DNA of 63,385 bases, counting the filler, from Stramenopiles sp. TOSAG23-3 (lineage: Eukaryota): the NCBI GenBank assembly GCA_900128585.1. It is 19 parts of 19 records of this genome, joined end to end, with 100 filler letters (N's around TTAATTAATTAA, not from the genome) between each part and the next. Parts side by side here need not be neighbours in the genome. Positions count along the whole stretch, not along the records: positions 30,132 to 33,371 come from LT644334.1; positions 33,472 to 36,711 come from LT644335.1; positions 36,812 to 40,049 come from LT644336.1; positions 40,150 to 43,386 come from LT644337.1; 15 more parts are not named here. One strand, 5' to 3'. The translations under genes and the position numbers were made by a program. Positions 32,069 through 42,029 of the stretch are shown here, piece after piece (position 1 is the stretch's first letter; each line of letters begins with the position of its first letter). The notes below the pieces were generated by a model that worked only from the letters and a program-made list of their open reading frames with translations, did not search any database and was not told where the DNA came from.

Positions 32069-32980
32069 TCAGCAGACGGTGCATTTGCCCTTGCTTGCCT
32101 CCGTCGGGATGGCTTGGGCGTTTTCTCCACCCCCCTGTTTCGCTGAAAGGTACTCTTTGAAAATTGTATCGTTTAGCCAATTCTTGTCGGAATGCACGTG
32201 CAGTGCCTTTGCTAGTAGGTCCCATTTATTTAACTTGGATATTTCTGAATTCACCATCGAAAGAAAAATTTCTCCCTCCGTAGGGAATTCTGCCACCAGG
32301 ATCGACCCCTTCAAGGTCAAAAGCAGTGCGATGGAGCACGAAAGTAGAATCCTATTACTGTCGCACACAATCAAGTCCATCAAACGAACCCAACATTTGT
32401 CTTCAACTTCCGCGCAACACAATTGACGGTAAAACAACCCCTGAAACATTGGCAGAAAAAGATGGGACCACACGTCAGTGCCCGAACCAGCAGGTAATTC
32501 ACAGGAAGACAGTCGTTTGAAAAGCTCTGGCTCGTTCTCTTCCATTAACTCTTTGAGCAGAGTCACGTACGTTGAACCTAAATCACCAACATATATACCC
32601 TTTATTTGCGGCATTACAACGCTAAGCATCGTGTCTTTAGCAGCATTGGAGCCAAGTATTTTTATGAGCCGAATGACAATATCACAAAGCCCTGGAGGGT
32701 ACCCAAGAGACCAGTCTGTGTTGTTGCCAATTGACTGCAAGATGCCCCTAGCGCCGGATATGATCTTTTCGTCTTCTTTTGGTGCACGTCGTTCCAGAGA
32801 GGCTTCGATATCGTTCATACAAGAAGCGCCTTCATTATTTCCCTCTGCGGTTTGCTGCGTGTCCTTTATTTCTACTTTTTTGCCAGCGCTCAAAATCAAC
32901 CATACAGTCGGCCTCAAGCCGTCTGGGATGCCCTCTTCCGTTCCTAGCTTCAATCGCCAACGGTCTGGATTAATTGCCAT
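32069..32980 (-). CDS. TBC (RabGAP) domain protein with degenerate catalytic motifs and C-terminal CaaX-like end
   Basis: GIPDGLRPTVWLILS (TBC motif A), LGYPPG in place of GYxQG, WVRLMDL, and C-terminal GKCTVC. Confidence 0.7.
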   Translation of the reverse strand: MAINPDRWRLKLGTEEGIPDGLRPTVWLILSAGKKVEIKDTQQTAEGNNEGASCMNDIEASLERRAPKEDEKIISGARGILQSIGNNTDWSLGYPPGLCDIVIRLIKILGSNAAKDTMLSVVMPQIKGIYVGDLGSTYVTLLKELMEENEPELFKRLSSCELPAGSGTDVWSHLFLPMFQGLFYRQLCCAEVEDKCWVRLMDLIVCDSNRILLSCSIALLLTLKGSILVAEFPTEGEIFLSMVNSEISKLNKWDLLAKALHVHSDKNWLNDTIFKEYLSAKQGGGENAQAIPTEASKGKCTVC

Positions 32981-33571
32981 ATTGCAGCCCTGTTCAAAAA
33001 CAAAACAAAGAACAAACACTTGGCAGTACGTAACCCCACCACCACCACTAGCATATTCTCCAACCTCCCGTTTTGCTTCCTTCTTCTACTTCAAACTAAA
33101 TCTTTTCTCAATGGGTAGTATATATAAGAAGTGACCGAAAGGAAGAAGAATCAAAAAAAAAAAATCCTTCTCCTACTCTTCTTATTATTATTATAATTAT
33201 TATGATTTTTTTGGTTGCGCCAGCAGCAGGCAGCAGCCTTCTGTTGCCTTATTATTAGGCCTTGTTGTTTTGCCTTTTTCTTCTGCTTCAGCAGGGGTAA
33301 GAGGTAAGACGGACAAAAAATCGGAAGAAGAAGAATGAAAAAAAAGGAGAAGACGAAAGAAGAAAAAAATANNNNNNNNNNNNNNNNNNNNNNNNNNNNN
33401 NNNNNNNNNNNNNNNTTAATTAATTAANNNNNNNNNNNNNNNNNNNNNNNNNNNNNNNNNNNNNNNNNNNNCCCCCCCCCTATTTGTAGAATTGAAAGCC
33501 ATTTAGGGCCTTTGTGGTTGAGTTACATTACTGCTTCAGTTTCTGGCCAATAATATATATTTCTTACAAAT

Positions 33572-34681
33572 ATGTCGGCGGCTGCTCGGAAAGGGAACGT
33601 GCACTCGATGAAGCAGGTGAAACGGACGTACAAACTAGACGCGTCTACTGGAGAAATCATCCCTGCAGTATGGCAAGACCGGGAGATTCGATTCGATGTG
33701 ATGACGTCGATGCTTAAGGTTCGCAAGGGGGAAGAAGAGATAGACTCGATCAACAGCGTAGAAGATACGAAGGGGAACAACGGCCATCGTGGGTTTTTGG
33801 TGGTGACCAACTTGCGGCTGATATGGGCCAGTCACAAGCAGCCCACGACCAACTTAAGCATTGGCTTCAACTGCATCACCGGAATATCGATAAAGAGTAC
33901 GTCATCCAGGCTTCGCGGGGGGACCTCCCAAGCCCTGTACATAATGTCAAAGTTTAAGAATGGACGGTACGAGTTCGTGTTCACCAGCTTGGTCGCAAAG
34001 AGCCCACGGCTGTTTACGACCGTCCAGGCCGTCTCCAGGGCGTACGAAACGAGCAAGGTGTACCGGAACTTAAAGCTTCGAGGGGCAATCATCAAGGACA
34101 ATAGTTTGATCCAAATGCCGGACGAGAGCATATTTACCCACGAGCAAGGTGTGTGGAACCTGTCATCCGACCAAGGGAACCTGGGGTCGTTCTACATTAC
34201 AAACGTGAGGATCGTTTGGCACGCCAACCTGGCTCACAACTTTAACGTGAGCATTCCGTACTTGCAGATTCGATCGTTGCAGGTACGAAAGTCGAAGTTT
34301 GGGCTGGCCTTGGTCATAGAGACACGAAAATCAGCGGGTGGGTATTTGCTAGGGTTTCGCATTGACCCGGAAGATCGGTTGGAGGAAGTTTTTCGTGCGA
34401 TTGCGAGCCTTTACCGGGTGTACGCCTCGAAGCCAAACTTTGGTATCCGGTTCATCGTGGAAGAGACCCCGAAGGCGCTGGACTCCCTGAAAGTGGCAAG
34501 GACGGAGGACGCGGTGGAAATCATCGACAACGACGATACGATGGAATCCCTGTCTGCATACTACGCCGATGGCCACGGCGGCGGGGAGGACAGGGAGATA
34601 GTGTTCAACAAGGAACTTGGGTTGGCGATGGAAAAGTTACCGGACGGGTATACGCCACAAAACCTATGGTTGATGTACTGA
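33572..34681 (+). CDS. BBS5: Bardet-Biedl syndrome 5 protein (BBSome)
   Basis: WQDREIRFD, VEDTKGNNG, SPRLFTTVQAV, GVWNLSSDQGNLG and ELGLAMEKLPDG. Confidence 0.97.
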   Translation: MSAAARKGNVHSMKQVKRTYKLDASTGEIIPAVWQDREIRFDVMTSMLKVRKGEEEIDSINSVEDTKGNNGHRGFLVVTNLRLIWASHKQPTTNLSIGFNCITGISIKSTSSRLRGGTSQALYIMSKFKNGRYEFVFTSLVAKSPRLFTTVQAVSRAYETSKVYRNLKLRGAIIKDNSLIQMPDESIFTHEQGVWNLSSDQGNLGSFYITNVRIVWHANLAHNFNVSIPYLQIRSLQVRKSKFGLALVIETRKSAGGYLLGFRIDPEDRLEEVFRAIASLYRVYASKPNFGIRFIVEETPKALDSLKVARTEDAVEIIDNDDTMESLSAYYADGHGGGEDREIVFNKELGLAMEKLPDGYTPQNLWLMY

Positions 34682-35342
34682 ACGGGGAACATGGAGCTGT
34701 GTGCGTGTGGGAGGGGCGGCGCTTGAGAATGGGGCAAGCGAGACATGAGACACCGGCAAGATAGGAAGGAATTAACCCGCCGGAGGGAGTCCCAGGCTAT
34801 TGTCAAAGATCAATCAAGTTTAATCCTGAAGTCGTAAATGACCCTAAGACTGATTTTAAGCCCACAAGTTCACTAAAGTGTCACTTGAATGAAGGAAAAC
34901 ATCATTTTGTTCATCGCTTTAATTAAGGAAGTAATTTAACTTTAATTATTTTGATAAAACTGAAGTATTGAATTATCTTAATACTATGAAGCTGTTAATA
35001 TTTCTTTTTCGATTGACAAACACGTCAGCAATATATATGAGCAAAACACCTAAGCATGGAGACATAAAATCAATTTAACAATAATTTTGAAATAAAACAA
35101 GACGATGCTATATAGTATTTATTTGGATTGGTATTTTCGATATTTGTTTTTGTGCTAATTAAAAGTGTGCATAAACCACATTAACATTTTAGTTTCTTCC
35201 TTCTCAACACAAAGAAAAGATACTACCGGCGGCGGCGGTATCGGTCGGTCGGACCCCCCCCTTTCCCCCGTATAGAACAGGACTGCGGCGTCCAATCATC
35301 ATCACTTGCATATTGTGCATTGTTCTGGTACTGATGACATTG

Positions 35343-35418
35343 GCGCGCATGGTCAGCGACTGGCGTGTGCACGTACGCATATTTTCACAACACAATCGCG
35401 TCATTTCTCTTCCTGCTC
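35343..35418 (-). promoter_or_regulatory. SECIS element in the SelH 3' UTR
   Basis: The minus strand reads ATGAC-GCGATTG-TGTTGTG-AAAA-TATGCGTACGTG-CACACGC-CAGTCGC-TGAC: an AUGA/GA core, GCGATTG pairing with CAGTCGC, unpaired AAAA and an apical mini-stem. Confidence 0.85.
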
Positions 35419-35512
35419 TCGAAGGACCGACTATACCTACCGTTCGGTGGTGGGCGCGAGGACGTCTCTCTCTCTCTCTCACACACACACACTCGTTCAC
35501 GACTATACACTC

Positions 35513-35998
35513 CTACTTTCCATGGGCCATCAGAATCGCGTCGTGCAGCGCTGTCCCAAGTAGAATGTCAAATTTCTTCGCTCGTGGCGGGCCTAAGCTC
35601 TTCCCATCCCACACTTCGTCCCCGTTCAGCGTCAAGTTGAAACTTTGCCGCCGTGGCTTGGTCTCGTTGGCTTTCACGTTCAAGTTTGGGAAACAGCCCT
35701 GCACTCCAGAAATTAGTTGCTTGGCTCGCCTCTTGTACGTGGATCAAGAAACGCAGTGTTCAAAGATCAGGTCACCGGTGACCTTCTTTTCCTTTGCCCC
35801 TGTAACTATTTCCGGATCAAAGGATGGGCGGGCCTTCTTCTTCTTTCCAGAACTTTTTTTTGTCGTCCTGGGCATAGTCGTTGCTGAATTCGAAAAACGG
35901 CGTAACGACGATGGGGTGAAGTGTCCGAGTGAAAACGCAGCAGGAATGGTTGTAGTAGAAGTCTTCGGGATCAATCGAACGAAGAATACTGCGTTCAT
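35513..35998 (-). CDS. SELENOH: Selenoprotein H (Rdx/thioredoxin-like, CxxU); in-frame TGA at 35746-35744 read as Sec; alternative start at 35875
   Basis: Read-through gives LIFEHCVS-U-STYKRRA...NETKPRRQSF...VWDGKSLGPPRAKKF, matching SelH (IEHCxSU, KPRRGSF, GPPRKLKF). ORFs 35744..36013 and 35513..35704 are in the same frame. Confidence 0.92.
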
Positions 35999-36634
35999 AC
36001 GTACAAAATACAAATGGACACAACCTTAACAGATGAGTAGAACGGGACAGGGGAAATCAAAACTGTATATATAAACAACAATATCTTCATAACCTCTATA
36101 AATATTATACTTGGATGGTATGTCAAATGTCAAATGTATATGTCAAATAATAATAAAAAATAAAAGAAGAAGAAGAAGAAGAAGAAAGAAGAAAGAAGAA
36201 GAAGAAGAAGAAGAAGAAAGAAGAAAAAAAAAGAAGAAGAAATATGAATATTTAGAGCTTCTTAGAGCTGGAAAGACAAAAGAAACCATCTATGATTAAG
36301 GATATATGTATATATAAATTATTTATGCTATGTATATATAAATAGGTATATTTTATATCAATTGTTAGTTCTATTTAATTATAATTAATATCAAGCAATT
36401 ATTTCATTTAAATACATATATATACAATAGCCTTAGGATCTCTTACTATTATCCTATATACATATATCCTTAATAATGACTCTTCTTGTCTTTCTCTTAA
36501 TTATTAATTTCTTCATTCTTCTTCTTCTTCTCTTTGTTCTTCGTTGTTCTTTTTTGTTCTTTTTTTTAGTTAGGGTTAGGATTATGGTATATTATGACAT
36601 ACAGAACTACAAACAACAAATTCACAAAAAATGA

Positions 36635-36674
<40 letters not shown>

Positions 36675-36675
36675 C

Positions 36676-36710
<35 letters not shown>

Positions 36711-36841
36711 ANNNNNNNNNNNNNNNNNNNNNNNNNNNNNNNNNNNNNNNNNNNNTTAATTAATTAANNNNNNNNNNNNNNNNNNNNNNNNNNNNNNNNN
36801 NNNNNNNNNNNTCTTTCTTTCGACTCTTTCTTTCTTTCGAC

Positions 36842-36889
<48 letters not shown>

Positions 36890-36935
36890 TTTATTTGGAT
36901 AAATTATATAATAGAATAGCTGTGCGTGGAAGGAA

Positions 36936-36968
<33 letters not shown>

Positions 36969-37675
36969 GAAGAAAGGCAGGAAGGAAGAGAGGAAGGAAG
37001 GAAAGAGAAAAAAAGAAAAGGATCTTCTTCATTGTAATACAGTTTATTTTATATTATAGCTTGTGGGGATTGTTGCTTTATTATCAATTATATAGGATAT
37101 AGTATATATAGTATAATACTAAATACAAATATAATAGAATGGAATAAATAAGAAATAAAATATCCAACAAGAAGAAAGAAGAACACACGCTCGCTCTTCT
37201 TCTTTCTCTCTTTCTTTCTTCCTTCCTTCCTTCTTCTTCTTCTTCTTCTTCTTTTTCTTCTTCTTCTTCTTCTTCTTTCTTCTCTTCTCTTCTCTTCTCT
37301 TCTCTTCTCTTCTCTTCTCTTCTCTTCTCTTCTCTTCTCTTCTCTTCTCTTCGCTTCGCTTCTTTCTTCTTTTCTTCTTCTGTTCAATCATCATCATCAA
37401 AATATTATTATTATTATTATTATAAAATAATAAATAATAAGAATAAAAATTGAAAAAAAAAACAGCACAACTAATAATAATAATATAATAAAACCATCAT
37501 CGCCATATAACGAACAACCTACTACACACTTATATTCATACTCTAACAAAACAAAAGCAAAACTCACGGACGAAACCACCCACCCACCCAACCACGCACA
37601 GCACCCACGCACGCACAGCAACAAGAACTACACACGAACGACAGGACCACCCCCGCCGGATCCCTCGCAACCACC

Positions 37676-39449
37676 ATGTCGGACCTCGCCGACGCGGCCT
37701 CCTCCGCGTCCTCCCCGGACGGCAAGTCTATCATCCGGGCGACCCGGCACTACGTCGACCGAATGCTCAAGGAAGTCTCCGGGATGAAGATCATGCTGCT
37801 CGACACGGAAACCACGGGGATCCTCTCCATGGTATACACCCAGACGCAGATCCTCTCCAAGCAGGTCTACCTCGTCGAGCACATGAAGAACACGGCCCAG
37901 CACGGCCGTATGATGCACCTCAAGGCGATCGTGTTCCTTCGCCCGACCCTCGCCAACGTCGAGCTCCTCAAGGCGGAGCTCGCGGACCCGCACTTCTCCC
38001 AGTACCACGTGTACTTCTCCAACGTCGTCCCGCAGGAGTACCTCGCCCAGGTCGCCAAGGCGGACGTCCACGAGGTCGTCGCGACCGTCCAGGAGTTCTA
38101 CGCGGACTTCTTCGCCGTGAACGCGGACACGTTCACCCTGAACCTCCCGGTGAGCCTGTCCCTGAGCCTCCCCAAGGACATGTGGGGCGGGGGCCAGGAG
38201 CGGAGCTTCGCCCGGGCCGCGGAGGGCGTCCTCGGTGTCCTCCTCTCCCTCAAGCTCAAGCCGACCATCCGGTACCAGGGGAGCAGCGACCTGGCCCGGG
38301 CCTTTGCCCGGAAGCTCCAGCAGAGCGTCCTGAGCGAGAGCGCCCTCTTTACCTTTCGGAGCGCGGCGGGCGGGGGCGGGCCCCCCCTCCTCCTCGTCCT
38401 CGACCGCCGGGACGACCCGATCACCCCCCTCCTCACCCAGTGGACCTACCAGGCCATGGTCCACGAGATGATCGGGGTCAACGACAACCGGGTCGACCTC
38501 TCCCGGGCCCCGGGGATCCGGAAGGACCTGAAGGAGGTCGTCCTCTCCCCCTCCGACGACGCCTTTTACCAGAAGAACATGTACGCGAACTTCGGGGACC
38601 TCGGGGTCGCCATCAAGGAGCTCCTGAACCGGTACCAGCGGGAGTTCAAGGACAACCAGAACCTGAACTCGATCGAGGACATGCAGAACTTCGTCGAGCG
38701 GTACCCGGAGTTCCGGGCCATGTCCACGAACGTCTCCAAGCACGTCGCCGTCGTCGGGGAGCTCTCCCGGCTCGTCGACCAGCACAAGATGATGGACGTC
38801 TCCCAGCTCGAGCAGGAGCTCGCCTGCCAGGACGACCACGGGGCGCAGTTCAAGGCCCTCCAGGAGATGCTCGGGAACCGGAACCTCGCGACCGTCGACG
38901 CCCTCCGCCTCGTCATGCTCTACACCCTCCACTACGAGACCAAGAGCGGGAACCACGTCGACGCCCTCAAGCAGATGCTCCGGGACCGGAACTGCGACCA
39001 GGTCGGCCTGCTGGACACGCTGCTCAAGTACGCCGGGGCCGGGAAGCGGGGGGGGGGACCTGTACGGGAACAAGTCCTTCATGGCCCAGCTCGGGAAGGG
39101 CCTCGCCGGGCTGAAAGGGGTCGAGAACGTCTACACCCAGCACGTCCCGTACTTTAGCGAGGTCATCGAGCAGGCCGCCAAGGGAAGGTTGAAGGACGGG
39201 AGCTACCCCGTAGTGAGCGGGGCGGGGGGCGGCCAGAAAGGGGCCAAGCACGTCGTCGTGTTCGTCCTCGGGGGGATCACCTACGAGGAGGCCGCCGCCG
39301 TGGCCCGGATGAACCAGGCCGCCGGGGCGAACGGGTGCAAGATCGTCCTCGGGGGGACCTTCATCCACAATAGCAAGAGCTTCTTGACCGAGCTGAACCG
39401 GTTGAAGGAGATCTACCAAGGGTACGGCGGCGGCGGGTTCGGGAGGTAG
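37676..39449 (+). CDS. VPS45: Sec1/Munc18 family protein Vps45; frameshift in G10 run at 39048-39057
   Basis: GMKIMLLD.ETT, HLKAIVFLRPT, DRRDDPITPLLTQWTYQAMVHE and NVSKHV; after the shift, GLKGVENVYTQH and FVLGGITYEEA. Removing one G restores RGGDLYGNKSF. Confidence 0.95.
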
Positions 39450-39754
39450 GTAGGGCGGAGCGATAGAGAGTGGTGACTGTGTGTATAGGTTTAAGAGGAA
39501 GTGGTTGGGTTTTGGAAAGGTTAGTAGGGTCTGTTTAGAAAGAGTACGTACTTAAAAATATATCCTCTACATACGCGTCGGATGGAGAGAGAGAGAGTAT
39601 AGAATATGCCTTTTACCATTTCGTAGTGTAATGGTTGTACTTCTTCCTTTCAACAGCAGAACAACAGGTATATTAGAATAATATATTATATATACTATAA
39701 TACGTACTCCCCTATCACAATATTACGTCTACAAGCCAATGTTATGTAACACAT

Positions 39755-39898
39755 GGCGGTATCGTCCAGTGGTTAGGTAAGTTTCATAAAATCCCAAAAT
39801 GATGACTTCTCAGTTCTCTAACATCTTAAAATCAATCTTCAATTTCAGGACGGCAGACTCTGAATCTGTAGACCCGGGTTCGAATCCCGGTACTGCCT
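39755..39898 (+). tRNA. tRNA-Gln(CUG), exons 39755-39776 and 39849-39898, with a 72-nt GT-AG intron between positions 22 and 23
   Basis: The spliced 72-mer folds fully: acceptor GGCGGTA/TACTGCC, D-stem GTCC/GGAC, anticodon stem GCAGA/TCTGT with loop CT-CTG-AA, T-stem CCGGG/CCCGG with TTCGAAT, and U73. A T-run terminator follows. Confidence 0.93.
39777..39848 (+). other. Spliceosomal-type (U2) intron inside the tRNA gene
   Basis: Starts GTAAGT, has CTAAC at 39818-39822 (branch A 27 nt before the end), a pyrimidine-rich 3' part, and ends TTTCAG. Confidence 0.85.
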
Positions 39899-39972
39899 TT
39901 ATTTTTTCCAAACGTAACAATGCTGTGTGATGTATTGTCTTTTCCGGACTAATTAAAAAACGTTATTCGATA

Positions 39973-39990
39973 CCCTAACCCTAACCCTAA
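39973..39990. repeat. (CCCTAA)3 telomere-type repeat
   Basis: CCCTAACCCTAACCCTAA is directly visible. Confidence 0.75.
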
Positions 39991-40149
39991 CTTGGGTGGA
40001 TCGAGTGATTACGGGTAGCAACATCCAACAGGCTTGGATTAAGAAGATTNNNNNNNNNNNNNNNNNNNNNNNNNNNNNNNNNNNNNNNNNNNNTTAATTA
40101 ATTAANNNNNNNNNNNNNNNNNNNNNNNNNNNNNNNNNNNNNNNNNNNN

Positions 40150-41418
40150 CACGTCGAGGTGGCCTTGCCCGACGGCTGCGCTCAGGGCGCTCAGCCCCGC
40201 GGTGCTCGTGGGCGTTGTGTCGGCCCCGGACTCAAGCAATTGCTCCACTACCTTCGCATGGCCTCTGTACGCTGCTTTCAACAGTGCGGTCTCCCCGTAC
40301 TTATTCAAAATATTCACATCGGCGCCTCGGGTAACTAAAAGTTTGACCACGGGCAAGTACTCCTTGGTGGTGTTGCACGCGTAGTGCAGCGGCGTGAACT
40401 GGTCTTCGCTCTCTGAGTTTACACAGGCCCCTTGGGCCAAGCACGTCATCACCGATTCTACACACCCGCTCTCCGCGGCGTAACTCAGGTACACATCTAC
40501 TTCGCTGGGGTCCATCTTCGTAGACGTGTTTTCTACGGTGATAGCCGCCTTTACGACCATTGTATCATCCTTTAAAAACCCTTCCCTGAAAACCCGGCTA
40601 GCGTTCACAAAAGAACTCCAGCCCCAGTTGCACAAGTCGTTCTTCTGGCTTTTGAATATATGGCGGTGAACATTTTTCTGCACACTCTTGCTATCGTCCG
40701 CGTAGTTCACTAAGGTCAGTGCAAAGCACACAGTACGCTCCCACCCAAAGGGGAGGTCCGGGGTGTCTAGAAACAACGATAAATTCCCGTCCGCTTTCGT
40801 TCCGTTCGGGTACAGCTTGAGGCGCCACTGGTGCTCCTTCTCGTCCGACTGCGTCTCCGTGGTGTGGCAATTCTTGCTCGGGTCGTCGCTTTGCAGCTTT
40901 GAGAAGTTCTTGATTTCCCACTGCAGTTGAACGGCGTTGGCCATGCATGCGGGCTGCTTGCCGCCCTTGCCGCTTCCTTTTTTTCCCACACTATGATGGT
41001 CCGCTTCTGAAGATAAACTATGCCGGTCTTGGGTGCCCGGCGGGGGCCTGCTCTCGAAGTGGACCCCCCCGTGCTCGTCTACCATTTCTGGGTCGCCCTC
41101 ATCCTCCTCACTGGACTTTCCAACCGGGTCATCGACCCTTCCACTGTCGCTCTCCACTTCTTCGTTCTCTAAGCGATCGCCACCGACCTCGGGGACATTA
41201 TCGCCGCCGTCGCTGTTGAAACTACCGACGGCCCTGGCATCGCCCCGGTTGTGCTGGTCGGACCGACCCGAAGCGTTGTGCGGCGACTCGCTTCTTCCTA
41301 TAGTGGCAGGGGACTGTACTCTCTTCTTTATGCTGTCGCGACTGGAAGCGCTCACCCCAGACGCGTGGTTGGAACTACTGCCGCGACTTCTAGACGCAGA
41401 ACTCCCGCTTGCAGACAT
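40150..41418 (-). CDS. MATH/TRAF domain plus ankyrin-repeat protein (3'-partial)
   Basis: MATH motifs WEIKNFSKL, WRLKLYPNG, LSLFL and NWGWSSFV; ankyrin motifs TPLHYAC and GETALLKAAYRGH. Confidence 0.88.
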
Positions 41419-41991
41419 GACAATTCTTCTTCTTTTTTGCGCGTATCAAAATACAAGTGGTCTACCCTTTCCCTGCCTTCTGCACCTTCGGCTATACCTC
41501 GCACCGCAGTTAGTTTGTATCGCTAGCTCGGTGTCTTATTTCTGGTAGAACTCGCTCGCTTTACCTTACCGAATCTTTCACCGCCAAGAAACAACGTTCT
41601 CAATTCCTATACCTTTCAATGAAAGTCTCCTGCTTCCGTTAAAGAGAGAGAGAAAAAAATAAAGAATGATAAAATAATCCTCAGTTCGATCAGTAGTCTT
41701 CTCTATTTTTTTTCTTTCTCCCTCCCTTATACTTATTATAATTATATTGAGTCATATTATTAATTTATTATTATTATTAATAAATAATTTTATTGTATAA
41801 TAATAATTATTATATTATTATTAATTTAGGAAGAAGGGAGGAGGAAGAGAAAAGAGAAGGAAGAGAAGGAAGAGAAAAGAGAAGGAAGAGAAGGAAGAAG
41901 GGATTTCATAGATGACACAAACAAGTATAAAATATTAAATTATAATATATAGGCAATATTTTACACAAAAAAAACAATCATCATCATTCAT

Positions 41992-42029
<38 letters not shown>

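Noticed and set aside
39048-39057. Programmed frameshifting in VPS45 (also near 832, 24105 and 62940)
   Set aside because: All of these fall in G/C homopolymers and need corrections in different directions, so sequencing error is the simpler explanation.
37628-39082. 484-aa antisense ORF over VPS45 and other long shadow ORFs
   Set aside because: These are a by-product of high GC3 on the coding strand and have no recognisable motifs.
39777-39848. Reading the tRNA insert as a conventional TSEN/BHB intron
   Set aside because: It is not at 37/38, I could see no bulge-helix-bulge pairing by eye, and the donor, branch and acceptor all match the spliceosomal consensus. Formal folding is still needed.
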